A DNA stretch of 64,000 bases from Candidatus Eiseniibacteriota bacterium (GTDB taxonomy: Bacteria > Eisenbacteria > RBG-16-71-46 > SZUA-252): positions 449,380 to 513,379 of the forward strand of contig CAVUEC010000011.1 of assembly GCA_963740415.1 (NCBI GenBank). The letters are read 5' to 3'. Positions 62,554-64,000 of this stretch are shown here, one piece after another. A program made the position numbers and the translations under genes. Every line of letters starts with the position of its first letter. The first letter of the stretch is position 1. The notes beneath the pieces are model-generated. The model had not been told where the DNA came from and made no database searches. It was given only the letters and a program-made list of their open reading frames with translations.

Positions 62554-63836
62554 ATGAACGCCATTCTCGCCATCGCCTTCAAAGATCTGCGGCTTCTCGC
62601 GCGCGATCGGGCCGGGTTCTTCTGGGTGCTCGGCTTCCCGTTCCTGATGGCGCTCTTCTTCGGAGCGATCGCGTCGGGCGGAAGCGACAACCGCGCCCCG
62701 ATGCCGATCGCGGTCGTGGATCAGGACCGGACCGGGTACTCCCGCGGCTACATCGCCGAGCTGGCCGAAATCGACGGCGCTCAAGGTCCAGGAGGCTTCT
62801 CTCGATTCGGCCCGGCAGCTCGTCCGCCAGGGGAAGCTGGTGGCCTACGTCGCGCTCCACCCCGGCGTGGGGAAGTCGCTGGGGTTTGGCGGAGACAGCG
62901 CGGCGATCGAGCTGGGCCTCGATCCCAGCCGGCGGGCCGAGGCGGGATATCTGCAGGGACTCGTGACCGCCGCCACATTCACGACGATGCGCTCCCAGTT
63001 CGGGGCGGGCGGCAACGGCCGGGAGATGATCCGGGAGAATCTAGCCGCGCTGGAGCGCGACAGCACGCGGACGCCCGAGGAGCGGCAGCGTATGGCGGGC
63101 GTCCTGTCGAACCTTGAGAAGTTCATGGTCTCTCTCGATTCGACCGAATCGCGATCCGCGGACGGCGACGCAGGGGCGAAGAATGCGTCGGGCCCCAACA
63201 TCAAGGTCGTGGACATCGCCGAGGAGGAACACGGACCGCGGAACGCCTACGAGATCACGTTCCCGTCGTCCGTCATGTGGGCGATGATCGGGGTCTGCAT
63301 GAGCTTCGCGATCTCGATCGTCAACGAGCGGGTCCGCGGTACGTTCCTCCGCCTCCGTCTCGCCCCGGTCTCTCGCGCCCAGGTGCTCGCCGGCAAGGGT
63401 CTCGCGGCCTTCCTGGCTGCTCTCGGCGCGACGACGGCGCTCCTCATGTTCGGAGCCGTCGTGTTTCATGTACGCGTGAGCAACCCGCAGGCGCTCGCGG
63501 TCGCCCTGATCGCGGCCGCCTTCTGCTTCAGCGGCGTCTCGATGTTGATTTCGGTGTTCGGAAGAACCCATTCCGCGGTGGCCGGCGCAGGCTGGGCGGT
63601 CCTTCTCGTCATGTCGATGACCGGCGGCGGCATGATCCCCCTCATCGCGATGCCGGCGTGGATGCTGACGGTGAGCAACTTCAGCCTGGTGAAGTGGGGC
63701 GTGCTCGCGGTGGAAGGCGCGATCTGGCGCGGCTTCTCGCCCCAGGAGATGGCGCTCCCGGTGGGGATCCTGATCGCGGCCGGCGTTGGTGGGCTTCGCG
63801 GTCGGCGCCAGCAAGCTCACGCGGTCCGAGAACTAG
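62554..63836 (+). CDS. ABC-2 family permease; two apparent +1 frameshifts (~62780 and ~63795)
   Basis: N-terminal, middle and last 14 residues in three successive frames give a collinear ABC-2 permease (…YIAELAE|…LKVQEASLDSARQLVRQGKLVAYVALHPG…6 TM…GVGG|FAVGASKLTRSEN*). Confidence 0.7.
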
Positions 63837-64000
63837 CGCCGCGAGGCCCGGGCGGCCCGTCGCGCCTCGATACCGCAACTATCGCTTCGGCGATTCCCGG
63901 AACTTCGCTCGTATCTCATCGAAATAATTGAGGGCAACGTCTAAGCGGGTGATCTCGTCCTCGCCCTCCCCTTTCTGCATGCCTAGAAGTCTGCCGTCCG

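Overview
This window is a high-GC (~68-70%) chromosomal segment with dense coding, operon-style ATGA start/stop overlaps and few Shine-Dalgarno sites, most consistent with an FCB-group bacterium (Gemmatimonadota-like); the lineage call is inference. The first ~12.4 kb is the 3' part of one giant repetitive cell-surface protein (>4,100 aa in the window). It is built from ~95-aa He_PIG/cadherin-like repeats and ends in a type-IX-secretion (T9SS) C-terminal sorting domain. The remaining ~51 kb is mostly housekeeping and envelope genes. In order of appearance the groups are:
- mrp/apbC with DUF971.
- A 2-oxo-acid dehydrogenase operon (E1alpha, an embedded acyl-CoA thioesterase, E1beta, E2, lipB).
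- An aspartase/fumarase-family gene, tandem outer-membrane beta-barrel genes, an MFS transporter, and a rubrerythrin-like/FNR-like divergent pair.
- Tat-signal TldD with PmbA.
- A DNA-repair neighbourhood: DUF2203, PolX, an overlapping M4/thermolysin-like HEXXH protein, Nth with a Lys/Ala-rich tail.
- queG, dienelactone hydrolase, NUDIX, YceI, trxB, ETF-QO, rhodanese.
- A System-I cytochrome c maturation operon (ccmE-F-H ... A-B-C-D) interrupted by two uncharacterised genes.
- Rhomboid, PAP2, a beta-lactamase-family hydrolase, DUF899 plus a standalone HisKA fragment.
- The glyoxylate shunt (aceB-aceA) divergent from a RamB/ScfR-like regulator across a conspicuous AT-rich control region.
- An amidohydrolase, a globin-like lipoprotein, and a TAM-like envelope cluster (Omp85-family barrel, OMP, AsmA/DUF748-like giant protein, ABC transporter).
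No rRNA, tRNA, CRISPR array or mobile element was recognised. At least 14 single-base frameshifts interrupt otherwise intact conserved genes. 13 of 14 are +1 insertions, which argues for uncorrected sequencing indels rather than pseudogenisation. The most interesting candidates are the PolX-coupled cytoplasmic thermolysin-like protein, the non-canonical ccm operon inserts, the thioesterase embedded in the 2-oxo-acid dehydrogenase operon, and the AT-rich aceB/regulator operator region.
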